Program-made: the position numbers and the translations under genes | The notes under the pieces: model-generated | Databases searched by the model: none | What the model saw: the letters and a program-made list of their open reading frames with translations, nothing else | Told to the model about the DNA's origin: nothing | In this document: piece after piece, positions 9,350 to 18,485 of the stretch | Numbering within the stretch: the stretch's first letter is position 1 | Layout of the letters: every line of letters begins with the position of its first letter | NCBI GenBank assembly: GCA_964422605.1 | Contig: CAYRBK010000001.1 | Location: forward strand, 100,025 to 153,807 | DNA length: 53,783 nt | Source of the DNA: an uncultured Candidatus Bathyarchaeia archaeon | GTDB lineage: Archaea; Thermoproteota; Bathyarchaeia; Bathyarchaeales; DTEX01 | Direction: 5' to 3'

Positions 9350-11059
9350 ATGAGCCTGCTAATAAGGAACGGGTTCGTCTACGATCCGCTGAACTGCGTC
9401 AAAGGAGAACGGATGGACATTGCGATCAAGGAGGGCAAAATCGCTGATAGGGTGAATGCGAATAGGGTGAAGGTGATCGACGCCTCAGGAATGGTTGTGA
9501 TGCCGGGCGGAGTTGACATCCATACCCACATAGCAGGTGCTGAGGTGAATGCGGGGCGCCTTCTCAGACCAGAAGACCACATCAGAGACGTAGAGTCCAA
9601 GACAACGATTACCAGATCAGGCGTTGGTCATTCTATCCCTTCCACCTTCACAACCGGTTACCGCTATGCTCGGATGGGGTATACGATGATCTGCAACCCA
9701 TCTATGCCCCCACTTGAGGCTAGGCACACTCATGAGGAGCTCGAGGACACACCGATCGTTGACAAGGCCACTTTTCCCCTACTCGGGGACTGGTGGTTTG
9801 CCCTTGAGTACCTCCGAGACGGTATGATCAAGGAATGTGCGACACATGTGGCTTGGATGATCCTAGCGACAAAGGGCTATGCGATCAAGATCGTGAACCC
9901 GGGCGGTGTTGAGGCTTGGGGTTTCGGCAGGAACGTCAGGGACTTAGATGACCCTGTCCCAAACTTTGGCATCACTCCGAGGGAGATTGTCCGTGGACTC
10001 TGCAAGGTGAACCAGATTCTCAACATGCCCCATACGATCCATGTGCACACTAACCGTCTAGGTCAACCGGGCAACTACCTTACAGCCATCGAGACAATGG
10101 AGACGGTAGAGGACCTAGCCAAGGGAGATGACCCGGTTATTCACATTACGCATTGCCAGTTCAGTGCATTCAAGGGGGACGATTGGCGAACTATGAGGTC
10201 AGGCGCGGAAGAGATAGCCAAGTATGTGAATCATCACTCTCACGTGACGCTTGACATGGGACAGGTTGCCTTCACAGACACGACGACCATGACTGCTGAC
10301 GGTCCCTGGCAGTATACGCTTTATGAACTGAGCGGCAATAAATGGATCAACCATGACGTGGAAACCGAGACAGGCGCCGGCATAGTACCCTTCAGGTATA
10401 GGCGCAAGAGCTACGTTCATGCAACAATGTGGTCTATAGGGCTTGAACTCGCCCTTCTTGTCAAGGACCCATGGAAGATGTACCTAACCACAGATCACCC
10501 CAACGGCGCACCTTTCACCACATATCCCCAAATCATCACGTGGCTAGTGAGCAGTAAAGCCCGAGAGAAGATGCTCAGGAGAATCAACAGGAAGGCCAGG
10601 AAGAGATCCTTACTTCCGAGCATTGATAGAGAGTATAGCCTGGAGGAGATTGCCATAGTGACGCGTGCAGGGCAGGCGAAGGCTCTGGGGTTGAAGAACA
10701 AGGGACACTTGGGCGTTGGTGCCGACGCTGATGTTGCCATATATGGCTTAGACCCAAGAAAGACAGATGCCTCTACGGATTACAGAACCGTGCGCAGAGC
10801 CTTTCAGAAAACTGCTTACACCATCAAAGGCGGGAAAATCGTGGCAAAAGACGATGCCGTAGTAGAATCAGTCGATGGAAGAACCTTCTGGACCGACATC
10901 ACAGTCCCATCCTGTCTCGGAACCAACCCCTGTCCAGAAGTCCTGCAAGACTTGAGAAAGAGGTTCAGAGAATACTGGACGGTGGAGTTCGAGAACTATT
11001 TCATCCCCGAAAGATTTTTGAAAGCCTCAGCACCTATCCAAGTCAAGCCCGAGATGTGA
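9350..11059 (+). CDS. fwdA: formylmethanofuran dehydrogenase subunit A (amidohydrolase-fold)
   Basis: 569 aa. LLIRNGFVYDPLN...GERMDIAIKEGKI...VIDASGMVVMPGGVDIHTHIAGAEVNAGRLLRPED closely follows the conserved FwdA/FmdA N-terminus. Confidence 0.8.
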   Translation: MSLLIRNGFVYDPLNCVKGERMDIAIKEGKIADRVNANRVKVIDASGMVVMPGGVDIHTHIAGAEVNAGRLLRPEDHIRDVESKTTITRSGVGHSIPSTFTTGYRYARMGYTMICNPSMPPLEARHTHEELEDTPIVDKATFPLLGDWWFALEYLRDGMIKECATHVAWMILATKGYAIKIVNPGGVEAWGFGRNVRDLDDPVPNFGITPREIVRGLCKVNQILNMPHTIHVHTNRLGQPGNYLTAIETMETVEDLAKGDDPVIHITHCQFSAFKGDDWRTMRSGAEEIAKYVNHHSHVTLDMGQVAFTDTTTMTADGPWQYTLYELSGNKWINHDVETETGAGIVPFRYRRKSYVHATMWSIGLELALLVKDPWKMYLTTDHPNGAPFTTYPQIITWLVSSKAREKMLRRINRKARKRSLLPSIDREYSLEEIAIVTRAGQAKALGLKNKGHLGVGADADVAIYGLDPRKTDASTDYRTVRRAFQKTAYTIKGGKIVAKDDAVVESVDGRTFWTDITVPSCLGTNPCPEVLQDLRKRFREYWTVEFENYFIPERFLKASAPIQVKPEM

Positions 11060-11063
11060 AGCC

Positions 11064-11882
11064 ATGGTCATCCTAAACCCCAGACGTTCACTTGAAGTAC
11101 CCGTCTACGCCGACTGCATATCACCGGATATTTTTGCGGAGAGATTCAGGAAGGAAATATCCGCGCTAAATCTTTGGGAGGGAAATAGGCAAAGGCTACT
11201 CGGCGATCTGTTCAACATCCAAGATGAAGATGTTGACAATCCAGTGGAGACTACTGTTCAACTCAAGGGCGACCTTCGGAAGGTTCGGATGATCGGCGCC
11301 AAAATGTCAATGGGGAAGATAATCATAGAAGGCGACGTAGGCATGCACCTGGGTGCTATGATGAAGGGCGGCGAAATCCTTGTTAAAGGAAACGTTGACT
11401 CATGGTTAGGATGCATGATGGAAGGCGGAAGGATCGAGGTCACTGGTTCCGCGGCTGACTATGTCGGCGCGCCGCACCGTGGAAGCACAGATGGCATGAA
11501 AGATGGGACAATAGCCATTCACGGGAACGCGGGAAATGAGGTTGGATGCTACATGAGAGGCGGACTGATCAGGATGGACGGAAACGTAGGCGAGTTCGCG
11601 GGCATCCATATGAGAGATGGGACCATACTTGTTCAGGGAGACTGTGAAGGTCGGGCAGGGGCGGGAATGGTTGACGGAAAGGTCATCATCTGCGGCTATG
11701 TCCCCTCGGTTCTACCTACATTCACCATAGACGACATTAGACCTAACGTGAAGATTGACGGAGAAAAAGTCACAGGTCCTTTCTACAGGTTCACCGGAGA
11801 CTCAGCAGAGAACGGCAAGGGAAGACTATTCGTCTCCAAAAATGCAAATGCACATCTCGGTTTCTTCGAAAGATATCTATAG
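11064..11882 (+). CDS. fwdC: formylmethanofuran dehydrogenase subunit C
   Basis: 272 aa, with repeated G-x-x-G beta-helix units (GDVGMHLGAMMKGGEILVKGNVDSWLGCMMEGGRIEVTGSAADYVG...GNAGNEVGCYMRGGLIRMDGNVGEFAG) as in FwdC and the GltB C-terminal domain. It starts 4 nt after the fwdA stop. Confidence 0.8.
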   Translation: MVILNPRRSLEVPVYADCISPDIFAERFRKEISALNLWEGNRQRLLGDLFNIQDEDVDNPVETTVQLKGDLRKVRMIGAKMSMGKIIIEGDVGMHLGAMMKGGEILVKGNVDSWLGCMMEGGRIEVTGSAADYVGAPHRGSTDGMKDGTIAIHGNAGNEVGCYMRGGLIRMDGNVGEFAGIHMRDGTILVQGDCEGRAGAGMVDGKVIICGYVPSVLPTFTIDDIRPNVKIDGEKVTGPFYRFTGDSAENGKGRLFVSKNANAHLGFFERYL

Positions 11883-12866
11883 GTGAAACCGCCGGGGAAG
11901 AGAAACTTGCCTGAACTAAGCGTGAACAAGAATGCCTTGAAACTCATGAAAGACTTGTGCGACGAAGCAGAAAGGTACGGCGTGATTGCCAGAGAAACCG
12001 GTCTGGGAACATGCATAGTCGATGCTGGTATAGAAGCAAGAGGAGGCTTCCTCGCAGGCAAGATAGTGACTGAAATCTGCCTAGGCGGACTTGGCGAAGC
12101 AACCATAAACCCAGCGAGGATAGGAAGTCTTGAGCTTCCATCAATCTCAGTCTCCACTGACCACCCAGCCGTCTCGACCCTGGGGTCCCAGCTGGCAGGA
12201 TGGCAAGTCAAAGTCGGCGACTATTCAGCCGTTGGCTCAGGACCAGCACGCGCTCTGGCATTGAAACCCAAGTCCATATACGCAAAAATCGGCTATAGAG
12301 ACGAATCCGATGTGGCTATTCTGGTGCTTGAAACGTCAAAACAGCCTCCTAAGGAGGCTTTAGGCTACATCTCGGAGTCCTGCCATGTCTCACCTGACAA
12401 GCTTTTTTTGATCTTGGTTCCGACCACATCGCTCACAGGATTTACACAGATCTCGGGAAGAATCGCTGAAACGGGTATCCACAAGATAGTGGACCTGGGC
12501 TTCGATCCGAGGCTCATAATGCATGCGTGGGGATGTGCTCCGATCTTGCCGATCCATCCTGACCATGTTGAGGCGATGGGAAGAACGAATGACGCTATAC
12601 TATACGGTGGCGTTGCCTACTATACCGTAAGCTATGAAGACGACCGGGCTCTCAAAGATCTGGTAGACCGATCAGTCTCTTCTGCCTCAGAACAGTATGG
12701 ACGCCCCTTTGCCGAAATCTACACAGAAGCAGACTTTGACTTCTACAAGATAGATCCAAGCATATTTGCCCCAGCCGTGATGACTGTGAACAATGTCAGA
12801 ACTGGAAGAACCTTCACGGCGGGTAGGATCAACGCGGACGTGCTAACCAGATCTATAGCCCGGTGA
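11883..12866 (+). CDS. mch: methenyl-tetrahydromethanopterin cyclohydrolase
   Basis: The LSVNKNALKL N-terminus, VDAGIEARGG, EICLGGLGEA and GSGPARALA, at about 320 aa, match Mch. No ATG precedes the conserved N-terminus. Candidate starts are GTG 11883 (immediately after the fwdC TAG, same frame), TTG 11907 and GTG 11922. Confidence 0.75.
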   Translation: MKPPGKRNLPELSVNKNALKLMKDLCDEAERYGVIARETGLGTCIVDAGIEARGGFLAGKIVTEICLGGLGEATINPARIGSLELPSISVSTDHPAVSTLGSQLAGWQVKVGDYSAVGSGPARALALKPKSIYAKIGYRDESDVAILVLETSKQPPKEALGYISESCHVSPDKLFLILVPTTSLTGFTQISGRIAETGIHKIVDLGFDPRLIMHAWGCAPILPIHPDHVEAMGRTNDAILYGGVAYYTVSYEDDRALKDLVDRSVSSASEQYGRPFAEIYTEADFDFYKIDPSIFAPAVMTVNNVRTGRTFTAGRINADVLTRSIAR

Positions 12867-12895
12867 AGAACAGAGGCCGATATTGAGATTCCATC

Positions 12896-13486
12896 TTATG
12901 CTCTAGGGATCCACATTTTTGCTTTTATGCCGGAACCGACCGCCCTAGCAAGGACATAGCCAGCTGGGATCGTGTAAAGAGCAAGGGTGGCATTGAAAAA
13001 CCCGATGGCTGGAAGCAACGCTGTCACGACATCTTCCGGCATACTGAAGCCTATTGGAGGGGGATACCTTATGAAAGCCCAGTTCACAAAGGACATTGTG
13101 ACCACCCTCAAGATTGCTCCTAGAGTCGTCGAAGCAAGGGTAATCGCAGCTTCCTTCGTGCCGATGGAACGTCCAGCTACTATCTGATGCGCTGAGTATA
13201 CACCGGAAAGCATGCCTAGCACCGCCACGAGATTATAGATGGGACCCGTGGGTAGAGCGCCAGGGAACAACACGAATAACGCAGCCGTGTTCAGGACGGC
13301 CGTCGCGACTCCGATCTTAGGTCCGAAGAGCAGGAACGCAGTGATTATGGGTATCTCCCATATTTGGTAATACAAGAATGGGGCATAGGGCGCAGGAACT
13401 TTGAAGGGATTCAGGGCGACTGCGAGGGCAGCGAAGACTGCTACGACGGCAATGGTTCTGGTGTTCATGTGTTTGCCTCTCTGCAA
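12896..13486 (-). CDS. polytopic membrane protein, ECF-transporter S-component-like
   Basis: 196 aa with about 6 hydrophobic helices. The N-terminus (TRTIAVVAVFAALAVALN...IWEIPIITAFLLFGPKIG) resembles substrate-capture S components. The family assignment is tentative. Confidence 0.4.
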   Translation of the reverse strand: MQRGKHMNTRTIAVVAVFAALAVALNPFKVPAPYAPFLYYQIWEIPIITAFLLFGPKIGVATAVLNTAALFVLFPGALPTGPIYNLVAVLGMLSGVYSAHQIVAGRSIGTKEAAITLASTTLGAILRVVTMSFVNWAFIRYPPPIGFSMPEDVVTALLPAIGFFNATLALYTIPAGYVLARAVGSGIKAKMWIPRA

Positions 13487-13589
13487 AGTTCGATTGGACG
13501 ATCTCCTCTAGAATGGAGCTTCCTATTTAAGAGTTCCTACTCAAAATTGAGGGGAACATAGAACTCTGCGAACGAATGAGGAAGAACCG

Positions 13590-14651
13590 TTAGTGGACTA
13601 GGTCTGTCGCACTCTGATGCTTCTTTCTGGACAAGGTGACCAGCAGATCAAAGGCTTTCTTTTCTTCGTGAATAGGCCTCGTTCTGATCATTCCTTCCGA
13701 TTCGGCTCTGTTGAAGAGTTTCTCGCCCTTTTCCGTGCGCAGAATAGTGAATGTCCAACCGTCTAAGCCCAGTCCCCCTACTGATATGTCAGCCAGCTCA
13801 GCTGAGAAATCCGGACAGTCAGAGAGGCAGTTGCTGGAGTATCTCTTCACCTCCTTCAACGGAACAGCGAGGCTGTTGCCTGATTTTGACGTTATGATCA
13901 GTCTTCCCTTTATGTTAACCTTAACGACCTCCCAAGGGTCAATTCCAAGATGCCCTTTTATAAGCTCCTTCACAAGTCCATTATAGGTGAAGCATTCACT
14001 GCAGAGGAGACCGATTGTGAAGCCTAGGGACTGAGAATACTTCTTCAACGGAAGAGCTTGAATCTTCCTGACGGCGTGTATCTGACAAGGCGTGCCCACG
14101 AAGGCAAGGTTCTTCCTTCTCTGCAGAATTCCTTCCTTGACTGCAAGCATGTTCGGCGAGTACGTATACCTTGTTCCAGCGCACTGTGCGATCTCGCCTC
14201 TTGTCAGAGCAAGTCTTGGAACAGCTTTCAGAGGCTCTGTTTCACTGACGCCTGATAGGACGGCACCGTCAATAAGCCCGCTATCTAGAGCGTAAGCAAG
14301 AAGGGTTGTGACGATTCCGCCGTCCTGACAGACCTTTCTGATAGCCTCGTCTTTGGTCTGAGCTATGACTATCTGTCTGAAGACGCCGAAGTCTTCGTCC
14401 TCTCTTCGTGCTCTGCCAAAAACGAACTGGTCCATCGCAGGCATCGAAGGCTCATACCTAGGACAGATCTGGGCACATATACCACATGACTTACATTCCT
14501 TTGTCAGGACAGGTTTCCCGTCGACGTATTCGAGGCAGTTAGTAGGACACACAACCACGCAGGAACCGCAACCTATGCAAACGGAGGGCAGAACTTTCCT
14601 TCCTAGAGTCTCTTCGAAGCTAGCCTTCGGGATAGTGGGCAAAGATTCCAC
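13590..14651 (-). CDS. coenzyme F420 hydrogenase/dehydrogenase beta-subunit family protein (FrhB/FpoF-like) with N-terminal 2x[4Fe-4S] ferredoxin domain
   Basis: Two CxxCxxCxxxCP motifs (CIGCGSCVVVCP, CKSCGICAQICP) are followed by FGVFRQIVIAQ...QDGGIVTTLLAYALDSGLIDGAVLSG and GTPCQIHAVRK, which are typical of FrhB-family N- and C-terminal domains. Confidence 0.7.
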   Translation of the reverse strand: MESLPTIPKASFEETLGRKVLPSVCIGCGSCVVVCPTNCLEYVDGKPVLTKECKSCGICAQICPRYEPSMPAMDQFVFGRARREDEDFGVFRQIVIAQTKDEAIRKVCQDGGIVTTLLAYALDSGLIDGAVLSGVSETEPLKAVPRLALTRGEIAQCAGTRYTYSPNMLAVKEGILQRRKNLAFVGTPCQIHAVRKIQALPLKKYSQSLGFTIGLLCSECFTYNGLVKELIKGHLGIDPWEVVKVNIKGRLIITSKSGNSLAVPLKEVKRYSSNCLSDCPDFSAELADISVGGLGLDGWTFTILRTEKGEKLFNRAESEGMIRTRPIHEEKKAFDLLVTLSRKKHQSATDLVH

Positions 14652-14736
14652 CGCTTGTTTGCGCTTGCTATGAAGCTTTATGAGTTGCCTCAGGCATTAA
14701 TATATGCTTCTCGAGATCATGAGCCGAGGAACATGA

Positions 14737-15663
14737 ATGGCGAATCCCTCAAATCTCATCAACGAAGCATGTAAGACAGATTCCCACAGTTTTCTCAGAC
14801 TGGTTGCCCATGTCAGTCGGATCTTATCAGCAGAAACGGAAGGCTCTGGGAAGCAGCAGATTACAGGAAGGTTAGTGCACATGCCTCCTTTGGGCGAAGC
14901 AATAGTCGTAGGCGACATACACGGCGATCTGAACAGCCTTGAACATATCCTGGATGAAACAGAGTTCCAAGAGAAAGCCCAGGGCAGCAAGGAAATGTAC
15001 CTAGTCTTTCTCGGGGACTACGGAGACCGGGGGTCTCACTCGGCCGAGGTCTATTACGTCGTCTTGAGTCTGAAAAGCATGTTCCCAGAGAGAGTTGTGC
15101 TTCTCCAAGGAAATCACGAGGGACCCGAAGACCTTCTTGCCCATCCTCACGACCTACCCTATCATCTGCAGGCGGAATTCGGTGCGGACTGGCGTCCCGT
15201 CTACACGGAGCTCAGCCGATTGTTCAGACGTTTCTACACAGCGGTCATTATTGAAGGGAGGTGCGTAATGCTTCACGCAGGGGTCCCAAGCAGGGCGAAA
15301 AGCCCAGACGACGTTGCCTACGCTCACAACAAACATCCAACAGAGAGTCATCTAGAGGAGATTCTCTGGAGCGACCCGGCTGAGGGCGTCACTGGAACGC
15401 GGCCGTCGCCTAGAGGTGCGGGGAACCTTTTTGGCGAGGATGTGACAGACGGCTTCCTGAAGATGCTTGGCGTTCGTTTCGTTATTAGAGGTCATGAGCC
15501 GGCGACCGATGGATACAAGATCAACCATGGCGGCAAGGTTGTAACTCTCTTCTCAAGAAAGGGCTCACCATATTCCAACAGTTACGGAGCATACCTCACA
15601 TTCGACTTATCTGAGACCTACGAATCAGCATTTGAGCTTGAGCCTTCTATCCGGAGATTCTGA
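14737..15663 (+). CDS. PPP-family serine/threonine protein phosphatase (metallophosphoesterase)
   Basis: Motifs GDIHGD, GDYGDRG and GNHE occur in canonical order and spacing. GAGGA lies 7 nt upstream of the ATG. Confidence 0.75.
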   Translation: MANPSNLINEACKTDSHSFLRLVAHVSRILSAETEGSGKQQITGRLVHMPPLGEAIVVGDIHGDLNSLEHILDETEFQEKAQGSKEMYLVFLGDYGDRGSHSAEVYYVVLSLKSMFPERVVLLQGNHEGPEDLLAHPHDLPYHLQAEFGADWRPVYTELSRLFRRFYTAVIIEGRCVMLHAGVPSRAKSPDDVAYAHNKHPTESHLEEILWSDPAEGVTGTRPSPRGAGNLFGEDVTDGFLKMLGVRFVIRGHEPATDGYKINHGGKVVTLFSRKGSPYSNSYGAYLTFDLSETYESAFELEPSIRRF

Positions 15664-15759
15664 CGGGGAACTGCTGTCCGAGAAGTAGACATCGAACCTT
15701 TATAATAGCCTGACAACAATAGTTCAGAATCCGCGCACAAAGAGGCAAGGGTAAGAATC

Positions 15760-16947
15760 TTGTTGACCACATGGCTGGGCTTCTTCTTGGCGATGGCTTC
15801 TCTACTCATGCTGTCCCAGAAGAATCTGGGTTTCGCGATGCTTGTTGGTGCAGCGATCCTTGGCGTTCTGACGATACCTGAACATTTTCTGAGTGTGGTT
15901 TGGTTGGCGGTCACGAACCCCTCGACAGTCTTGCTGACGGTGATTGTGGGGATGATCCCGATAATAGGGGGCACTCTGAAGGCCTCTGGACAGATGGACA
16001 ATCTAGTGAACAATATGAGAGTGGGAAAGCGAGCATTTCTCATGCTCTCTCCGGCTTTGGTTGGGTTGCTTCCCATGCCTGGAGGGGCTCTTCTCTCAGC
16101 CCCTTTGATTGACAGGGTAGGAGAGCACCTATCGAATCAGAGAAAAGCCGTACTGAACGTCTGGTTCCGCCACGTACTATACCTGGTCTATCCCATATCC
16201 CCGGATCTGATAGTCTCGGCTCAAGCGGCACAATTGGACGTCTACGAAAGCATTCCATACCTTGTCCCAGTCCTCCTTCTCTCGCTTTCCCTAGGATACT
16301 TCTTCTTTCTGAGAGATGCCCAAGGAAAAATGGATTATCGTGACAAATTCTCCGCCCGAGGCCTTATGCTGCCTCTTACCGCATTGCTTGCAGCCCCAGT
16401 CTTGGATATTTCGATAAAGACACTTTCCGTTCTGCCGATTGAAGAAGCCGCAACCCTGATGGGAGTGTCAGCCAGCTTACTGATCGCCTTAGCCGTCGAC
16501 AGAAAGAGTCTGAGGAAGTTAAGCTCGGTTGTCTTGGAAGCAAGACCTTGGGATTTTGGTCTAGCTATGATAGGAATAATGGTTTTTCTCAATGTCTTCA
16601 GTAGTTCAGGCATTCCTCAGCTGATAGAAAACACTGGTATCACGGTAGAGCTGCTCTTTGTCGCCGGTTTCCTTCTAGGTTTTGGCACTGGAAGGATCAT
16701 AACTCCTGCGGGGATAATCTTTCCGATATTCCTTACGAAGTTTGGAGCCATGCCCTTCCCAACCTTTGCTATCATGTACTTCGCCGTTTTCCTAGGCTAT
16801 GTGGTGACGCCGGTACATCCTTGCGTCTCTTTTTCAGTCGAATCCTTCAAGACCGACATCAAGGACTATTTCAAGGCAGTTCTGCCGCCGGCGTTGATTG
16901 CACTCTTTTCCAGCTTTTTCGTACTGTGCGCCATGAACCTGTGGTGA
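15760..16947 (+). CDS. DUF401-family integral membrane protein
   Basis: 395 aa with at least 10 predicted TM helices. The LLPMPGGALLSAPL loop is reminiscent of the DUF401/TIGR00529 family. TTG start with AAGGGT upstream. Confidence 0.45.
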   Translation: MLTTWLGFFLAMASLLMLSQKNLGFAMLVGAAILGVLTIPEHFLSVVWLAVTNPSTVLLTVIVGMIPIIGGTLKASGQMDNLVNNMRVGKRAFLMLSPALVGLLPMPGGALLSAPLIDRVGEHLSNQRKAVLNVWFRHVLYLVYPISPDLIVSAQAAQLDVYESIPYLVPVLLLSLSLGYFFFLRDAQGKMDYRDKFSARGLMLPLTALLAAPVLDISIKTLSVLPIEEAATLMGVSASLLIALAVDRKSLRKLSSVVLEARPWDFGLAMIGIMVFLNVFSSSGIPQLIENTGITVELLFVAGFLLGFGTGRIITPAGIIFPIFLTKFGAMPFPTFAIMYFAVFLGYVVTPVHPCVSFSVESFKTDIKDYFKAVLPPALIALFSSFFVLCAMNLW

Positions 16948-17098
16948 TCCAAGACGACACTCACTCCCGTACTAGTGAACCTTCGGAGCGTTGCTGCCAA
17001 TCTTGGAGGAGCCCTCTTTCGGTCAGCAATCATTTCTGATCCTAGAAGAAAGGCTCGAACCCTCCGACATCGACAATATAGACTTTTGATTCCTAAGC

Positions 17099-17106
17099 TT
17101 TAAAAA
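17099..17106 (+). promoter_or_regulatory. candidate TATA box (TTTAAAAA) for the Zn-ribbon gene
   Basis: The octamer lies 49 nt upstream of ATG 17155. Confidence 0.3.
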
Positions 17107-17154
17107 GCCATTGTAGACATCTCCTTAATCGAACTTGAAGAAAGGCGAACAAAG

Positions 17155-17415
17155 ATGAGGCAGGTATCGGCTTTCAGGATAGATCTGAACAAGATTGAAG
17201 GAGACGGACAGTTCCCCTGCCCGTCCTGTAAGACAGTGATCTCTCCTGATGACGAATCGGATGCTACCTACGAGATTGTCGATGTCGATACAAAGGAAGA
17301 CGGCTCGCTTGAGATGCTGACCATTCACTGCAAGAACTGCGGAAGCACCATACATCTTGAGGGTTTTGAGCTGCTAGACCAGCTAGGCAACTTAGACGAT
17401 TCAGACGAGTCCTAA
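17155..17415 (+). CDS. small Zn-ribbon protein with acidic tail (hypothetical)
   Basis: 86 aa with two CxxC pairs (CPSCK ... CKNCG) spaced as a zinc ribbon, and an acidic C-terminus LDDSDES. No family is recognised. Confidence 0.45.
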   Translation: MRQVSAFRIDLNKIEGDGQFPCPSCKTVISPDDESDATYEIVDVDTKEDGSLEMLTIHCKNCGSTIHLEGFELLDQLGNLDDSDES

Positions 17416-17477
17416 GAATCCATCCACCTGCCAGGAACGATAGGTTTTTCTTTCCGATCTTTGATTCCCTTTTCCTG

Positions 17478-18458
17478 GTGGCAGGCCTGAAACTGGAAGG
17501 CGTTTTCACATCAACGATCGGAAGCTTCCCTCTTGATGATTCCGATGCCAACAGAGGGAGGTGCATAGAGGATCTTCTAACCCTCGGAATAGATTTCCCT
17601 GTCTATCCGCAGCTACTGGATATGGGCAGACAGTTCTTGCGGGATTTGGCTGAGCAAGACGACAGAATTGCCACGGAAGGAGGTCGATACAGACTCAGAG
17701 GCAGAGAGATAAGGCAGGATGTGGCTCCGCCAGGTCTGGAGCCTTTCTTCTGGACTCTCAGATACCTTGAAGAGAAAGGCGTGAAAGAGAAGGCGGGACT
17801 GAAGGCAGCCGTGACAGGACCCTTCACCCTGGCATCGTATATTGAGATTGGGGCGGGCGCCTTCCCCTCTAACACAGCGGTCTCTGACCTGGAGCTGGTT
17901 AACCAGCTTGCACGCGTGCTTTTCAGAAGCTGCGAAACTGTCTCAAAAGATGCCAACATGATATCGATCGACGAACCTGTGCTGGGGATGCTTGTCGGAT
18001 CCAAAATAGCCCTAGGATATAGCGAGAAGGACATAGTCGATATCTACAATGACCTGGCGAAGTCATGCAGAGGCAGGTTTGTCGGAACGCACATTTGCGG
18101 AAGAATCTCACCAAGACTGGCAAAGATCCTGTTGAAGACTGATCTTAGCTTCCTAAGCCATGAATTCTATGACACAAGGGGAAATATCGATGTCTACTCG
18201 CCCAAGGAGGTGAGGCAGTCCGGAAAAGTGCTGTCTGTCGGTTGTGTGTCTAGCAGGAGCCTGGCACTGGAAAGCCCGGAAGAGATTCTAGCAGTGATGC
18301 TAAGGTTCCGCGAATACGGAGACACTTTATTCTTCACTCCTGACTGCGGTTTCAGAAACCTAGTTGCGAACGGTTCAAAGGAAAAGGGATATAAGATATC
18401 GCTGAAGAAGCTCGAGAATATGGTTAGAGCAACAGAGAAGTTCAGGGCTGCAGAATAG
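17478..18458 (+). CDS. single-domain cobalamin-independent methionine synthase-like protein (core-MetE / Meth_synt_2)
   Basis: 326 aa. The Zn-ligand motifs GTHICG (His-x-Cys) and TPDCGF (Cys) sit at the positions seen in the MetE C-terminal domain. GTG start. Confidence 0.65.
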   Translation: MAGLKLEGVFTSTIGSFPLDDSDANRGRCIEDLLTLGIDFPVYPQLLDMGRQFLRDLAEQDDRIATEGGRYRLRGREIRQDVAPPGLEPFFWTLRYLEEKGVKEKAGLKAAVTGPFTLASYIEIGAGAFPSNTAVSDLELVNQLARVLFRSCETVSKDANMISIDEPVLGMLVGSKIALGYSEKDIVDIYNDLAKSCRGRFVGTHICGRISPRLAKILLKTDLSFLSHEFYDTRGNIDVYSPKEVRQSGKVLSVGCVSSRSLALESPEEILAVMLRFREYGDTLFFTPDCGFRNLVANGSKEKGYKISLKKLENMVRATEKFRAAE

Positions 18459-18485
18459 GTGATTAGGCTTCCTGTTCGCCGCTTT

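Noticed and set aside
9303-9353. 16-codon upstream ORF (MTTSGRSPLILEENEV) whose TGA overlaps the fwdA ATG (ATGA).
   Set aside because: It is too short to evaluate, has no Shine-Dalgarno element, and nothing distinguishes it from chance. I note it only as a possible leader peptide.
15618-16076. 152-aa minus-strand ORF overlapping the phosphatase 3' end and the DUF401 5' end.
   Set aside because: It is antisense to two better-supported genes and has no recognisable domain. The DUF401 frame shows coherent TM-helix periodicity, which this ORF lacks.
17052-17065. GGCTCGAACCCTCC, T-loop-like on the minus strand in the DUF401/Zn-ribbon spacer.
   Set aside because: The flanking 5-nt segments are not complementary (GGAGG versus CCTTT) and no cloverleaf can be folded. 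It is not a tRNA.
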